Assembly (NCBI RefSeq): GCF_009914755.1
Contig: NC_060926.1
Reading direction: 5' to 3' (one strand)
From: the human T2T-CHM13v2.0 reference genome, Homo sapiens
DNA: 64,000 nt
In this document: piece by piece, positions 10,198 to 25,100 of the stretch
Numbering within the stretch: the stretch's first letter is position 1
Layout of the letters: each line of letters opens with the position of its first letter
The notes under the pieces: model-generated
The model's input: the letters and a program-made list of their open reading frames with translations, nothing else
Told to the model about the DNA's origin: nothing
Databases searched by the model: none
Translations under genes and position numbers: made by a program

Positions 10198-13100
10198 AGA
10201 AGCATTCTCAGAAACTTATTTGTGATGTGCGCCCTCAACTAACAGTGTTGAAGCTTTCTTTTGATAGAGCAGTTTTGAAACACTCTTTTTGTAAAATCTG
10301 CAAGAGGATATTTGGATAGCTTTGAGGATTTCGTTGGAAACGGGATTGTCTTCATATAAACTCTAGACAGAAGCATTCTCAGAAGCTTCATTGGGATGTT
10401 TCAATTGAAGTCACAGTGTTGAACAGTCCCTTTCATAGAGCAGGTTTGAAACACTCTTTTTGTAGTATCTGGAAGTGGACATTTGGAGAGATCTCAGGAA
10501 TACGGTGATAAAGGAAATATCTTCCAATAAAAGCTAGATAGAAGCAATGTCAGAAACTTTTTCATGATGTATCTACTCAGCTAACAGAGTTGAACCTTTC
10601 TTTTGAGAGAGCAGTTTTGAAACACTCTTTTTGTGGAATCTGCAAGTGGATATTTGTCTAGCTTTGAGGATTTCGTTGGAAACGGGATTACATATAAAAA
10701 GCAGACAGCAGCATTCCCAGTAACTTCTTTGTGATGTTTGCATTCAAGTCACAGAGTTGAACATTCCCTTTCATAGAGCAGGTTTGAAACACTTTTTTTG
10801 TAGTATCTGGATGTGGACATTTGGAGCGCTTTCAGGCCTATGGTGAAAAAGGAAATATCTTCCAATAAAAGCTACATAGAAGCAATGTCAGAAACTTTTT
10901 CATGATGTATCTACTCAGCTAACAGAGTTGAACCTTTCTTTTGAGAGAGCAGTTTTGAAACACTCTTTTTGTGGAATCTGGAAGTGGATATTTGTCTAGC
11001 TTTGAGGATTTCGTTGGAAACGGGATTACATATAAAAAGCAGACAGCAGCATTCCCAGTAACTTCTTTGTGATGTTTGCATTCAAGTCACAGAGTTGAAC
11101 ATTCCCTTTCATAGAGCAGGTTTGAAACACTCTTTTTGTAGTATGTGGATGTGGACATTTGGAGCGCTTTCAGGCCTATGGTGAAAAAGGAAATATCTTC
11201 CCCAGAAAACTAGACAGAAGCATTCTCAGAATCTTATTTGTGATGTGCGCCCTCAACTAACAGTGTTGAAGCTTTCTTTTGATAGAGCAGTTTTGAAACA
11301 CTCTTTTCGTAAAATCTGCAAGAGGATACTTGGATAGCTTTGAGTTTTACGTTGGAAACGGGATTGTCTTCATATAAACTCTAGACAGAAGCATTCTCAG
11401 AAGCTTCATTGGGATGTTTCAATTAAAGTCACAGTGTTGAACAGTCCCTTTCATAGAGCAGGTTTGAAACACTCTTTTTGTAGTATCTGGAAGTGGACAT
11501 TTGGAGCGCTCTCAGGACTGCGGTGAAAAAGGAAATATCTTCCAATAAAAGCTAGATAGAAGCAATGTCAGAAACTTTTTCATGATGTATCTACTCAGCT
11601 AACAGAGTTGAACCTTCCTTTGAGAGAGCAGTTTTGAAACACTCTTTTTGTGGAATCTGCAAGTGGATATTTGTCTAGCTTTGAGGATTTCGTTGGAAAC
11701 GGGTTACATATAAAAAGCAGACAGCAGCATTCCCAGAAACTTCTTTGTGTTGTTTGCATTCAAGTCACAGAGTTGAACATTCCCTTTCATAGAGCAGGTT
11801 TGAAACACTCTTTTTGTAGTATCTGGATGTGGACATTTGCAGCGCTTTCAGGCCTAAGGTGAAAAAGGAAATATCTTCCCCTGAAAACTAGACAGAAGCA
11901 TTCTCAGAAACTTATTTGTGATGTGCGCCCTCAACTAACAGTGTTGAAGCTTTCTTTTGATAGAGCAGTTTTGAAACACTCTTTTTGTAATATCTGCAAG
12001 AGGATATTTGGATAGCTTTGAGTATTTCGTTGGAAACGGGATTAATTATAAAAAGCAGACAGCAGCATTCCCAGAATCTTGTTTGTGATGTTTGCATTCA
12101 AGTCACAGAGTTGAACATTCCCTTTCAGAGAGCAGGTTTGAAACACTCTTTTTATAGTATCTGGATGTGGACATTTGGAGCGCTTTCAGGCCTATGGTGA
12201 AAAAGGAAATATCTTCTCCTGAAAACTAGACAGAAGCATTCTCAGAATCTTATTTGTGATGTGCGCCCTCAACTAACAGTGTTGAAGCTTTCTTTTGATA
12301 GAGCAGTTTTGAAACACTCTTTTCGTAAAATCTGCAAGAGGATATTTGGATAGCTTTGAGGATTTCGTTGGAAACGGGATTGTCTTCATATAAACTCTAG
12401 ACAGAAGCATTCTCAGAAGCTTCATTGGGATGTTTCAATTGAAGTCACAGTGTTGAACAATCCCTTTCATAGAGCAGGTTTGAAACACTCTTTTTGTAGT
12501 ATATGGAAGGGGACATTTGGAACGCTCTCAGGACTGCGTTGAAAAAGGAAATATCTTCCAATAAAAGCTAGATAGAAGCAATGTCAGAAACTTTTTCATG
12601 CTGTATCTACTCAGCTAACAGAGTTGAACCTTCATTTGAGAGAGCAGTTTTGAAACACTCGTTTTGTGGAATCTGCAAGTGGATATTTGTCTAGCTTTGA
12701 GGATTTCGTTGGAAACGGGATTACATATAAAAAGCAGACAGCAGCATTCCCAGAAACTTCTTTGTGATGTTTGCATTCAAGTCACAGAGTTGAACATTCC
12801 CTTTCATAGAGCAGGTTTGAAACACTCTTTTTGTAGTATCTGGATGTGGACATTTGCAGCGCTTTCAGGCATAAGGTGAAAAAGGAAATATCTTCCCCTG
12901 AAAACTAGACAGAAGCATTCTCAGAAACTTATTTGTGATGTGCGCCCTCAACTAACAGTGTTGAACCTTTCTTTTGATAGAGCAGTTTTGAAACACTCTT
13001 TTTGTAATATCTGCAAGAGGATATTTGGATAGCTTTGAGGATTTCTTTGGAAACGGGATTGTCTTCATATAAACTCTAGACAGAAGCATTCTCAGAAGCT

Positions 13101-16100
13101 TCATTGGGATGTTTCAATTGAAGTCACAGTGTTGAACAGTCCCTTTCATAGAGCAGGTTTGAAACACTCTTTTTGTAGTATCTGGAAGTGGACATTTGGA
13201 CAGTTCTCAGGAATACGGTGATAAAGGAAATATCTTCCAATAAAAGCTAGATAGAAGCAATGTCAGAAACTTTTTCATGATGTATCTACTCAGCTAACAG
13301 AGTTGAACCTTTCTTTTGAGAGAGCAGTTTTGAAACACTCTTTTTGTGGAATCTGCAAGTGGATATTTGTCTACCTTTGAGGATTTCGTTGGAAACGGGA
13401 TTACATATAAAAAGCAGACAGCAGCATTCCCAGTAACTTCTTTGTGGTGTTTGCATTCAAGTCACAGAGTTGAACATTCCCTTTCATAGAGCAGGTTTGA
13501 AACACTCTTTTTGTAGTATCTGGATGTGGACATTTGGAGCGCTTTCAGGCCTATGGTGAAAAAGGAAATATCTTCCCCTGAAAACTAGACAGAAGCATTC
13601 TCAGAATCTTATTTGTGATGTGCGCCCTCAACTAACAGTGTTGAAGCTTTCTTTTGATAGAGCAGTTTTGAAACACCCTTTTCGTAAAATCTGCAAGAGG
13701 ATATTTGGATAGCTTTGAGGATTACGTTGGAAACGGGATTGTCTTCATATAAACTCTAGACAGAAGCATTCTCAGAAGCTTCATTGGGATGTTTCAATTA
13801 AAGTCACAGTGTTGAACAGTCCCTTTCATAGAGCAGGTTTGAAACACTCTTTTTGTAGTATCTGGAAGTGGACATTTGGAGCGCTCTCAGGACTGCGGTG
13901 AAAAAGGAAATATCTTCCAATAAAAGCTAGATAGAAGCAATGTCAGAAACTTTTTCATGATGTATCTACTCAGCTAACAGAGTTGAACCTTCCTTTGAGA
14001 GAGCAGTTTTGAAACACTCTTTTTGTGGAATCTGCAAGTGGATATTTGTCTAGCTTTGAGGATTTCGTTGGAAACGGGTTACATATAAAAAGCAGACAGC
14101 AGCATTCCCAGAAACTTCTTTGTGTTGTTTGCATTCAAGTCACAGAGTTGAACATTCCCTTTCATAGAGCAGGTTTGAAACACTCTTTTTGTAGTATCTG
14201 GATGTGGACATTTGCAGCGCTTTCAGGCCTAAGGTGAAAAAGGAAATATCTTCCCCTGAAAACTAGACAGAAGCATTCTCAGAAACTTATTTGTGATGTG
14301 CGCCCACAACTAACAGTGTTGAAGCTTTCTTTTGATAGAGCAGTTTTGAAACACTCTTTTTGTAATATCTGCAAGAGGATATTTGGATAGCTTTGAGGAT
14401 TTCGTTGGAAACGGGATTGTCTTCATATAAACTCTAGACAGAAGCATTCTCAGAAGCTTCATTGGGATGTTTCAATTGAAGTTGCAGTGTTGAACAGTCC
14501 CTTTCATAGAGCAGGTTTGAAACACTCTTTTTGTAGTATCTGGATGTGGACATTTGGAGCGCTTTCAGGCATATGGTTTAAAAGGAAATATCTTCCCCTG
14601 AAAACTAGACAGAAGCATTCTCAGAAACTTATTTGTGATGTGCCCCCTCAACTAAGAGTGTTGAAGCATTCTTTTGAGAGAGCAGTTTTGAAACACTCTT
14701 TTTGTGGAATCTGCAAGTGGATATTTGTCTAGCTTTGAGGATTTCGTTGGAAACGGGATTACATATAAAAAGCAGACAGCAGCATTCCCAGTAACTTCTT
14801 TGTGATGTTTGCATTCAAGTCACAGAGTTGAACATTCCCTTTCATAGAGCAGGTTTGAAACACTCTTTTTGTAGTATCTGGATGTGGACATTTGGAGCGC
14901 TTTCAGGCCTATGGTGAAAAAGGAAATATCTTCCCCAGAAAACTAGACAGAAGCATTCTCAGAATCTTATTTGTGATGTGCGCCCTCAACTAACAGTGTT
15001 GAAGCTTTCTTTTGATAGAGCAGTTTTGAAACACTCTTTTTGTAATATCTGCAAGAGGATATTTGGATAGCTTTGAGGATTTCGTTGGAAACGGGATTAA
15101 TTATAAAAAGCAGACAGCAGCATTCCCAGAATCTTGTTTGTGATGTTTGCATTCAAGTCACAGAGTTGAACATTCCCTTTCAGAGAGCAGGTTTGAAACA
15201 CTCTTTTTATAGTATCTGGATGTGGACATTTGGAGCGCTTTCAGGCCTATGGTGAAAAAGGAAATATCTTCTCCTGAAAACTAGACAGAAGCATTCTCAG
15301 AATCTTATTTGTGATGTGCGCCCTCAACTAACAGTGTTGAAGCTTTCTTTTGGTAGAGCAGTTTTGAAACACTCTTTTTGTAAAATCTGCAAGAGGATAT
15401 TTGGATAGCTTTGAGGATTTCGTTGGAAACGGGATTGTCTTCATATAAACTCTAGACAGAAGCATTCTCAGAAGCATCATTGGGATGTTTCAATTGAAGC
15501 CACAGTGTTGAACAGTCCCTTTCATAGAGCAGGTTTGAAACACTCTTTTTGTAGTATCTGGATGTGGACATTTGGAGCGCTTTCAGGCCTATGGTTTAAA
15601 AGGAAATATCTTCCCCTGAAAACTAGACAGAAGCATTCTCAGAAACTTATTTGTGATGTGCGCCCTCAACTAACAGTGTTGAAGCATTCTTTTGATAGAG
15701 CAGTTTTGAAACACTCTTTTTGTGGAATCTGCAAGTGGATATTTGTCTAGCTTTGAGGATTTCGTTGGAAACGGGATTACATATAAAAAGCAGACAGCAG
15801 CATTCCCAGAAACTTCTTTGTGATGTTTGCATTCAAGTCACAGAGTTGAACATTCCCTTTTATAGAGCAGGTTTGAAACACTCTTTTTGTAGTATCTGGA
15901 TGTGGACATTTGCAGCGCTTTCAGGCCTATGGTGAAAAAGGAAATATCTTCCCCTGAAAACTAGACAGAAGCATTCTCAGAAACTTATTTGTGATGTGCG
16001 CCCTCAACTAACAGTGTTGAAGCTTTCTTTTGATAGAGCAGTTTTGAAACACTCTTTTTGTAATATCTGCAAGAGGATATTTGGATAGCTTTGAGGATTT

Positions 16101-19100
16101 CGTTGGAAACGGGATTGTCTTCATATAAACTCTAGACAGAAGCATTCTCAGAAGCTTCATTGGGATGTTTCAATTAAAGTCACAGTGTTGAACAGTCCCT
16201 TTCATAGAGCAGGTTTGAAACACTCTTTTTGTAGTATCTGGAAGTGGACATTTGGAGAGATCTCAGGAATACGGTGATAAAGGAAATATCTTCCAATAAA
16301 AGCTAGATAGAAGCAATGTCAGAAACTTTTTCATGATGTATCTACTCAGCTAACAGAGTTGAACCTTTCTTTTGAGAGAGCAGTTTTGAAACACTCTTTT
16401 TGTGGAATCTGCAAGTGGATATTTGTCTAGCTTTGAGGATTTCGTTGGAAACGGGATTACATATAAAAAGCAGACAGCAGCATTCCCAGTAACTTCTTTG
16501 TGATGTTTGCATTCAAGTCACAGAGTTGAACATTCCCTTTCATAGAGCAGGTTTGAAACACTTTTTTTGTAGTATCTGGATGTGTACATTTGGAGCGCTT
16601 TCAGGCCTATGGTGAAAAAGGAAATATCTTCCCAAGAAAACTAGACAAAAGCATTCTCAGAATCTTATTTGTGATGTGCGCCCTCAACTAACAGTGTTGA
16701 AGCTTTCTTTTGATAGAGCAGTTTTGAAACACTCTTTTCGTAAAATCTGCAAGAGTATATTTTGATAGCTTTGAGGATTACGTTGGAAACGGGATTGTCT
16801 TCATATAAACTCTAGACAGAAGCATTCTCAGAAGCTTCATTGGGATGTTTCAATTAAAGTCACAGTGTTGAACAGTCCCATTCATAGAGCAGGTTTGAAA
16901 CACTCTTTTTGTAGTATCTGGAAGTGGACATTTGGAGCGCTCTCAGGACTGCGGTGAAAAAGGAAATATCTTCCAATAAAAGCTAGATAGAAGCAATGTC
17001 AGAAACTTTTTCATGATGTATCTACTCAGCTAACAGAGATGAACCTTCCTTTGAGAGAGCAGTTTTGAAACACTCTTTTTGTGGAATCTGCAAGTGGATA
17101 TTTGTCTAGCTTTGAGGATTTCGTTGGAAACGGGATTAATTATAAAAAGCAGACAGCAGCATTCCCAGAAACTTCTTTGTGTTGTTTGCATTCAAGTCAC
17201 AGAGTTTAACATTCCCTTTCATAGAGCAGGTTTGAAACACTCTTTTTGTAGTATCTGGATGTGGACATTTGCAGCGCTTTCATGCCTAAGGTGAAAAAGG
17301 AAATATCTTCCCCTGAAAACTAGACAGAAGCATTCTCAGAAACTTATTTGTGATGTGCGCCCTCAACTAACAGTGTTGAAGCTTTCTTTTGATAGAGCAG
17401 TTTTGAAACACTCTTTTTGTAATATCTGCAAGAGGATATTTGGATAGCTTTGAGGATTTCGTTGGAAACGGGATTGTCTTCATATAAACTCTAGACAGAA
17501 GCATTCTCAGAAGCTTCATTGGGATGTTTCAATTGAAGTTACAGTGTTGAACAGTCCCTTTCATAGAGCAGGTTTGAAACACTCTTTTTGTAGTATCTGG
17601 ATGTGGACATTTGGAGCGCTTTCAGGCCTATGGTTTAAAAGGAAATATCTTCCCCTGAAAACTAGACAGAAGCATTCTCAGAAACTTATTTGTGATGTGC
17701 TCCCTCAACTAACAGTGTTGAAGCTTTCTTTTGATAGAGCAGTTTTGAAACACTCTTTTTGTGGAATGTGCAAGTGGATATTTGTCTAGCTTTGAGGATT
17801 TCGTTGGAAACGGGATTACATATAAAAAGCAGACAGCAGCATTCCCAGAAACTTCTTTGTGATGTTTGCATTCACGTCACAGAGTTGAACATTCCCTTTC
17901 ATAGAGCAGGTTTGAAACACTCTTTTTGTAGTATCTGGATGTGGACATTTGGAGCGCTTTCAGGCCTATGGTGAAAAAGGAAATATCTTCCCCTGAAAAC
18001 TAGACAGAAGCATTCTCAGAAACTTATTTGTGATGTGCGCCCTCAACTAACAGTGTTGAAGCTTTCTTTTGATAGAGCAGTTTTGAAACACTCTTTTTGT
18101 AATATCTGCAAGAGGATATTTGGATAGCTTTGAGGATTTCGTTGGAAACGGGATTAATTATAAAAAGCAGACAGCAGCATTCCCAGAATCTTGTTTGTGA
18201 TGTTTGCATTCAAGTCACAGAGTTGAACATTCCCTTTCAGAGAGCAGGTTTGAAACACTCTTTTTATAGTATCTGGATGTGGACATTTGGAGCGCTTTCA
18301 GGCCTATGGTGAAAAAGGAAATATCTTCTCCTGAAAACTAGACAGAAGCATTCTCAGAATCTTATTTGTGATGTGCGCCCTCAACTAACAGTGTTGAAGC
18401 TTTCTTTTGGTAGAGCAGTTTTGAAACACTCTTTTTGTAAAATCTGCAAGAGGATATTTGGATAGCTTTGAGGATTTCGTTGGAAACGGGATTTTCTTCA
18501 TATAAACTCTAGACAGAAGCATTCTCAGCAGCATCATTGGGATGTTTCAATTGAAGTCACAGTGTTGAACAGTCCCTTTCATAGAGCAGGTTTGAAACAC
18601 TCTTTTTGTAGTATCTGGATGTGGACATTTGGAGCGCTTTCAGGCCTATGGTTTAAAAGGAAATATCTTCCCCTGAAAACTAGACAGAAGCATTCTCAGA
18701 AACTTATTTGTGATGTGCGCCCTCAACTAACAGTGTTGAAGCATTCTTTTGATAGAGCAGTGTTGAAACACTCTTTTTGTGGAATCTGCAAGTGGATATT
18801 TGTCTAGCTTTGAGGATTTCGTTGGAAACGGGATTACATATAAAAAGCAGACAGCAGCATTCCCAGAAACTTCTTTGTGATGTTTGCATTCAAGTCACAG
18901 AGTTGAACATTCCCTTTTATAGAGCAGGTTTGAAACACTCTTTTTGTAGTATCTGGATGTGGACATTTGGAGCGCTTTCAGGCCTATGGTGAAAAAGGAA
19001 ATATCTTCCCCTGAAAACTAGACAGAAGCATTCTCAGAAACTTATTTGTGATGTGCGCCCTCAACTAACAGTGTTGAAGCTTTCTTTTGATAGAGCAGTT

Positions 19101-22100
19101 TTGAAACACTCTTTTTGTAAAATCTGCAAGAGGATATTTGTATAGCTTTGAGGATTTCGTTGGAAACGGGATTGTCTTCATATAAACTCTAGACAGAAGC
19201 ATTCTCAGAAGCTTCATTGGGATGTTTCAATTGAAGTCACAGTGTTGAACAGTCCCTTTCATAGAGCAGGTTTGAAACACTCTTTTTGTAGTATCTGGAA
19301 GTGGACATTTGGAGAGATCTCAGGAATACGGTGATAAAGGAAATATCTTCCAATAAAAGCTAGATAGAAGCAATGTCAGAAACTTTTTCATGATGTATCT
19401 ACTCAGCTAACAGAGTTGAACCTTTCTTTTGAGAGAGCAGTTTTGAAACACTCTTTTTGTGGAATCTGCAAGTGGATATTTGTCTAGCTTTGAGGATTTC
19501 GTTGGAAACGGGATTACATATAAAAAGCAGACAGCAGCATTCCCAGTAACTTCTTTGTGATGTTTGCATTCAAGTCACAGAGTTGAACATTCCCTTTCAT
19601 AGAGCAGGTTTGAAACACTTTTTTTGTAGTATCTGGATGTGGACATTTGGAGCGCTTTCAGGCCTATGGTGAAAAAGGAAATATCTTCCAATAAAAGCTA
19701 CATAGAAGCAATGTCAGAAACTTTTTCATGATGTATCTACTCAGCTAACAGAGTTGAACCTTTCTTTTGAGAGAGCAGTTTTGAAACACTCTTTTTGTGG
19801 AATCTGGAAGTGGATATTTGTCTAGCTTTGAGGATTTCGTTGGAAACGGGATTACATATAAAAAGCAGACAGCAGCATTCCCAGTAACTTCTTTGTGATG
19901 TTTGCATTCAAGTCACAGAGTTGAACATTCCCTTTCATAGAGCAGGTTTGAAACACTCTTTTTGTAGTATGTGGATGTGGACATTTGGAGCGCTTTCAGG
20001 CCTATGGTGAAAAAGGAAATATCTTCCCCAGAAAACTAGACAGAAGCATTCTCAGAATCTTATTTGTGATGTGCGCCCTCAACTAACAGTGTTGAAGCTT
20101 TCTTTTGATAGAGCAGTTTTGAAACACTCTTTTCGTAAAATCTGCAAGAGGATACTTGGATAGCTTTGAGTTTTACGTTGGAAACGGGATTGTCTTCATA
20201 TAAACTATAGACAGAAGCATTCTCAGAAGCTTCATTGGGATGTTTCAATTAAAGTCACAGTGTTGAACAGTCCCTTTCATAGAGCAGGTTTGAAACACTC
20301 TTTTTGTAGTATCTGGAAGTGGACATTTGGAGCGCTCTCAGGACTGCGGTGAAAAAGGAAATATCTTCCAATAAAAGCTAGATAGAAGCAATGTCAGAAA
20401 CTTTTTCATGATGTATCTACTCAGCTAACAGAGTTGAACCTTCCTTTGAGAGAGCAGTTTTGAAACACTCTTTTTGTGGAATCTGCAAGTGGATATTTGT
20501 CTAGCTTTGAGGATTTCGTTGGAAACGGGTTACATATAAAAAGCAGACAGCAGCATTCCCAGAAACTTCTTTGTGTTGTTTGCATTCAAGTCACAGAGTT
20601 GAACATTCCCTTTCATAGAGCAGGTTTGAAACACTCTTTTTGTAGTATCTGGATGTGGACATTTGCAGCGCTTTCAGGCCTAAGGTGAAAAAGGAAATAT
20701 CTTCCCCTGAAAACTAGACAGAAGCATTCTCAGAAACTTATTTGTGATGTGCGCCCTCAACTAACAGTGTTGAAGCTTTCTTTTGATAGAGCAGTTTTGA
20801 AACACTCTTTTTGTAATATCTGCAAGAGGATATTTGGATAGCTTTGAGTATTTCGTTGGAAACGGGATTAATTATAAAAAGCAGACAGCAGCATTCCCAG
20901 AATCTTGTTTGTGATGTTTGCATTCAAGTCACAGAGTTGAACATTCCCTTTCAGAGAGCAGGTTTGAAACACTCTTTTTATAGTATCTGGATGTGGACAT
21001 TTGGAGCGCTTTCAGGCCTATGGTGAAAAAGGAAATATCTTCTCCTGAAAACTAGACAGAAGCATTCTCAGAATCTTATTTGTGATGTGCGCCCTCAACT
21101 AACAGTGTTGAAGCTTTCTTTTGATAGAGCAGTTTTGAAACACTCTTTTCGTAAAATCTGCAAGAGGATATTTGGATAGCTTTGAGGATTTCGTTGGAAA
21201 CGGGATTGTCTTCATATAAACTCTAGACAGAAGCATTCTCAGAAGCTTCATTGGGATGTTTCAATTGAAGTCACAGTGTTGAACAATCCCTTTCATAGAG
21301 CAGGTTTGAAACACTCTTTTTGTAGTATATGGAAGGGGACATTTGGAACGCTCTCAGGACTGCGTTGAAAAAGGAAATATCTTCCAATAAAAGCTAGATA
21401 GAAGCAATGTCAGAAACTTTTTCATGATGTATCTACTCAGCTAACAGAGTTGAACCTTCATTTGAGAGAGCAGTTTTGAAACACTCGTTTTGTGGAATCT
21501 GCAAGTGGATATTTGTCTAGCTTTGAGGATTTCGTTGGAAACGGGATTACATATAAAAAGCAGACAGCAGCATTCCCAGAAACTTCTTTGTGATGTTTGC
21601 ATTCAAGTCACAGAGTTGAACATTCCCTTTCATAGAGCAGGTTTGAAACACTCTTTTTGTAGTATCTGGATGTGGACATTTGCAGCGCTTTCAGGCATAA
21701 GGTGAAAAAGGAAATATCTTCCCCTGAAAACTAGACAGAAGCATTCTCAGAAACTTATTTGTGATGTGCGCCCTCAACTAACAGTGTTGAACCTTTCTTT
21801 TGATAGAGCAGTTTTGAAACACTCTTTTTGTAATATCTGCAAGAGGATATTTGGATAGCTTTGAGGATTTCTTTGGAAACGGGATTGTCTTCATATAAAC
21901 TCTAGACAGAAGCATTCTCAGAAGCTTCATTGGGATGTTTCAATTGAAGTCACAGTGTTGAACAGTCCCTTTCATAGAGCAGGTTTGAAACACTCTTTTT
22001 GTAGTATCTGGAAGTGGACATTTGGACAGTTCTCAGGAATACGGTGATAAAGGAAATATCTTCCAATAAAAGCTAGATAGAAGCAATGTCAGAAACTTTT

Positions 22101-25100
22101 TCATGATGTATCTACTCAGCTAACAGAGTTGAACCTTTCTTTTGAGAGAGCAGTTTTGAAACACTCTTTTTGTGGAATCTGCAAGTGGATATTTGTCTAC
22201 CTTTGAGGATTTCGTTGGAAACGGGATTACATATAAAAAGCAGACAGCAGCATTCCCAGTAACTTCTTTGTGGTGTTTGCATTCAAGTCACAGAGTTGAA
22301 CATTCCCTTTCATAGAGCAGGTTTGAAACACTCTTTTTGTAGTATCTGGATGTGGACATTTGGAGCGCTTTCAGGCCTATGGTGAAAAAGGAAATATCTT
22401 CCCCTGAAAACTAGACAGAAGCATTCTCAGAATCTTATTTGTGATGTGCGCCCTCAACTAACAGTGTTGAAGCTTTCTTTTGATAGAGCAGTTTTGAAAC
22501 ACCCTTTTCGTAAAATCTGCAAGAGGATATTTGGATAGCTTTGAGGATTACGTTGGAAACGGGATTGTCTTCATATAAACTCTAGACAGAAGCATTCTCA
22601 GAAGCTTCATTGGGATGTTTCAATTAAAGTCACAGTGTTGAACAGTCCCTTTCATAGAGCAGGTTTGAAACACTCTTTTTGTAGTATCTGGAAGTGGACA
22701 TTTGGAGCGCTCTCAGGACTGCGGTGAAAAAGGAAATATCTTCCAATAAAAGCTAGATAGAAGCAATGTCAGAAACTTTTTCATGATGTATCTACTCAGC
22801 TAACAGAGTTGAACCTTCCTTTGAGAGAGCAGTTTTGAAACACTCTTTTTGTGGAATCTGCAAGTGGATATTTGTCTAGCTTTGAGGATTTCGTTGGAAA
22901 CGGGTTACATATAAAAAGCAGACAGCAGCATTCCCAGAAACTTCTTTGTGTTGTTTGCATTCAAGTCACAGAGTTGAACATTCCCTTTCATAGAGCAGGT
23001 TTGAAACACTCTTTTTGTAGTATCTGGATGTGGACATTTGCAGCGCTTTCAGGCCTAAGGTGAAAAAGGAAATATCTTCCCCTGAAAACTAGACAGAAGC
23101 ATTCTCAGAAACTTATTTGTGATGTGCGCCCTCAACTAACAGTGTTGAAGCTTTCTTTTGATAGAGCAGTTTTGAAACACTCTTTTTGTAATATCTGCAA
23201 GAGGATATTTGGATAGCTTTGAGGATTTCGTTGGAAACGGGATTGTCTTCATATAAACTCTAGACAGAAGCATTCTCAGAAGCTTCATTGGGATGTTTCA
23301 ATTGAAGTTGCAGTGTTGAACAGTCCCTTTCATAGAGCAGGTTTGAAACACTCTTTTTGTAGTATCTGGATGTGGACATTTGGAGCGCTTTCAGGCATAT
23401 GGTTTAAAAGGAAATATCTTCCCCTGAAAACTAGACAGAAGCATTCTCAGAAACTTATTTGTGATGTGCGCCCTCAACTAAGAGTGTTGAAGCATTCTTT
23501 TGAGAGAGCAGTTTTGAAACACTCTTTTTGTGGAATCTGCAAGTGGATATTTGTCTAGCTTTGAGGATTTCGTTGGAAACGGGATTACATATAAAAAGCA
23601 GACAGCAGCATTCCCAGTAACTTCTTTGTGATGTTTGCATTCAAGTCACAGAGTTGAACATTCCCTTTCATAGAGCAGGTTTGAAACACTCTTTTTGTAG
23701 TATCTGGATGTGGACATTTGGAGCGCTTTCAGGCCTATGGTGAAAAAGGAAATATCTTCCCCAGAAAACTAGACAGAAGCATTCTCAGAATCTTATTTGT
23801 GATGTGCGCCCTCAACTAACAGTGTTGAAGCTTTCTTTTGATAGAGCAGTTTTGAAACACTCTTTTTGTAATATCTGCAAGAGGATATTTGGATAGCTTT
23901 GAGGATTTCGTTGGAAACGGGATTGTCTTCATATAAACTCTAGACAGAAGCATTCTCAGAAGCTTCATTGGGATGTTTCAATTGAAGTTGCAGTGTTGAA
24001 CAGTCCCTTTCATAGAGCAGGTTTGAAACACTCTTTTTGTAGTATCTGGATGTGGACATTTGGAGCGCTTTCAGGCCTATGGTTTAAAAGGAAATATCTT
24101 CCCCTGAAAACTAGACAGAAGCATTCTCAGAAACTTATTTGTGATGTGTGCCCTCAACTAAGAGTGTTGAAGCATTCTTTTGATAGAGCAGTTTTGAAAC
24201 ACTCTTTTTGTGGAATCTGCAAGTGGATATTTGTCTAGCTTTGAGGATTTCGTTGGAAACGGGATTAATTATAAAAAGCAGACAGCAGCATTCCCAGAAA
24301 CTTCTTTGTGATATTTGCATTCACGTCACAGAGTTGAACATTCCCTTTCATAGAGCAGGTTTGAAACACTCTTTTTGTAGTATCTGGATGTGGACATTTG
24401 GAGCGCTTTCAGGCCTATGGTGAAAAAGGAAATATCTTCCCCTGAAAACTAGACAGAAGCATTCTCAGAAACTTATTTGTGATGTGCGCCCTCAACTAAC
24501 AGTGTTGAAGCTTTCTTTTGATAGAGCAGTTTTGAAACACTCTTTTTGTAATATCTGCAAGAGGATATTTGGATAGCTTTGAGGATTTCGTTGGAAACGG
24601 GATTAATTATACAAAGCAGACAGCAGCATTCCCAGAATCTTGTTTGTGATGTTTGCATTCAAGTCACAGAGTTGAACATTCCCTTTCAGAGAGCAGGTTT
24701 GAAACACTCTTTTTATAGTATCTGGATGTGGACATTTGGAGCGCTTTCAGGCCTATGGTGAAAAAGGAAATATCTTCTCCTGAAAACTAGACAGAAGCAT
24801 TCTCAGAATCTTATTTGTGATGTGCGCCCTCAACTAACAGTGTTGAAGCTTTCTTTTGATAGAGCAGTTTTGAAACACTCTTTTCGTAAAATCTGCAAGA
24901 GGATATTTGGATAGCTTTGAGGATTTCGTTGGAAACGGGATTGTCTTCATATAAACTCTAGACAGAAGCATTCTCAGAAGCTTCATTGGGATGTTTCAAT
25001 TGAAGTCACAGTGTTGAACAGTCCCTTTCATAGAGCAGGTTTGAAACACTCTTTTTGTAGTATCTGGAAGTGGACATTTGGAACGCTCTCAGGACTGCGT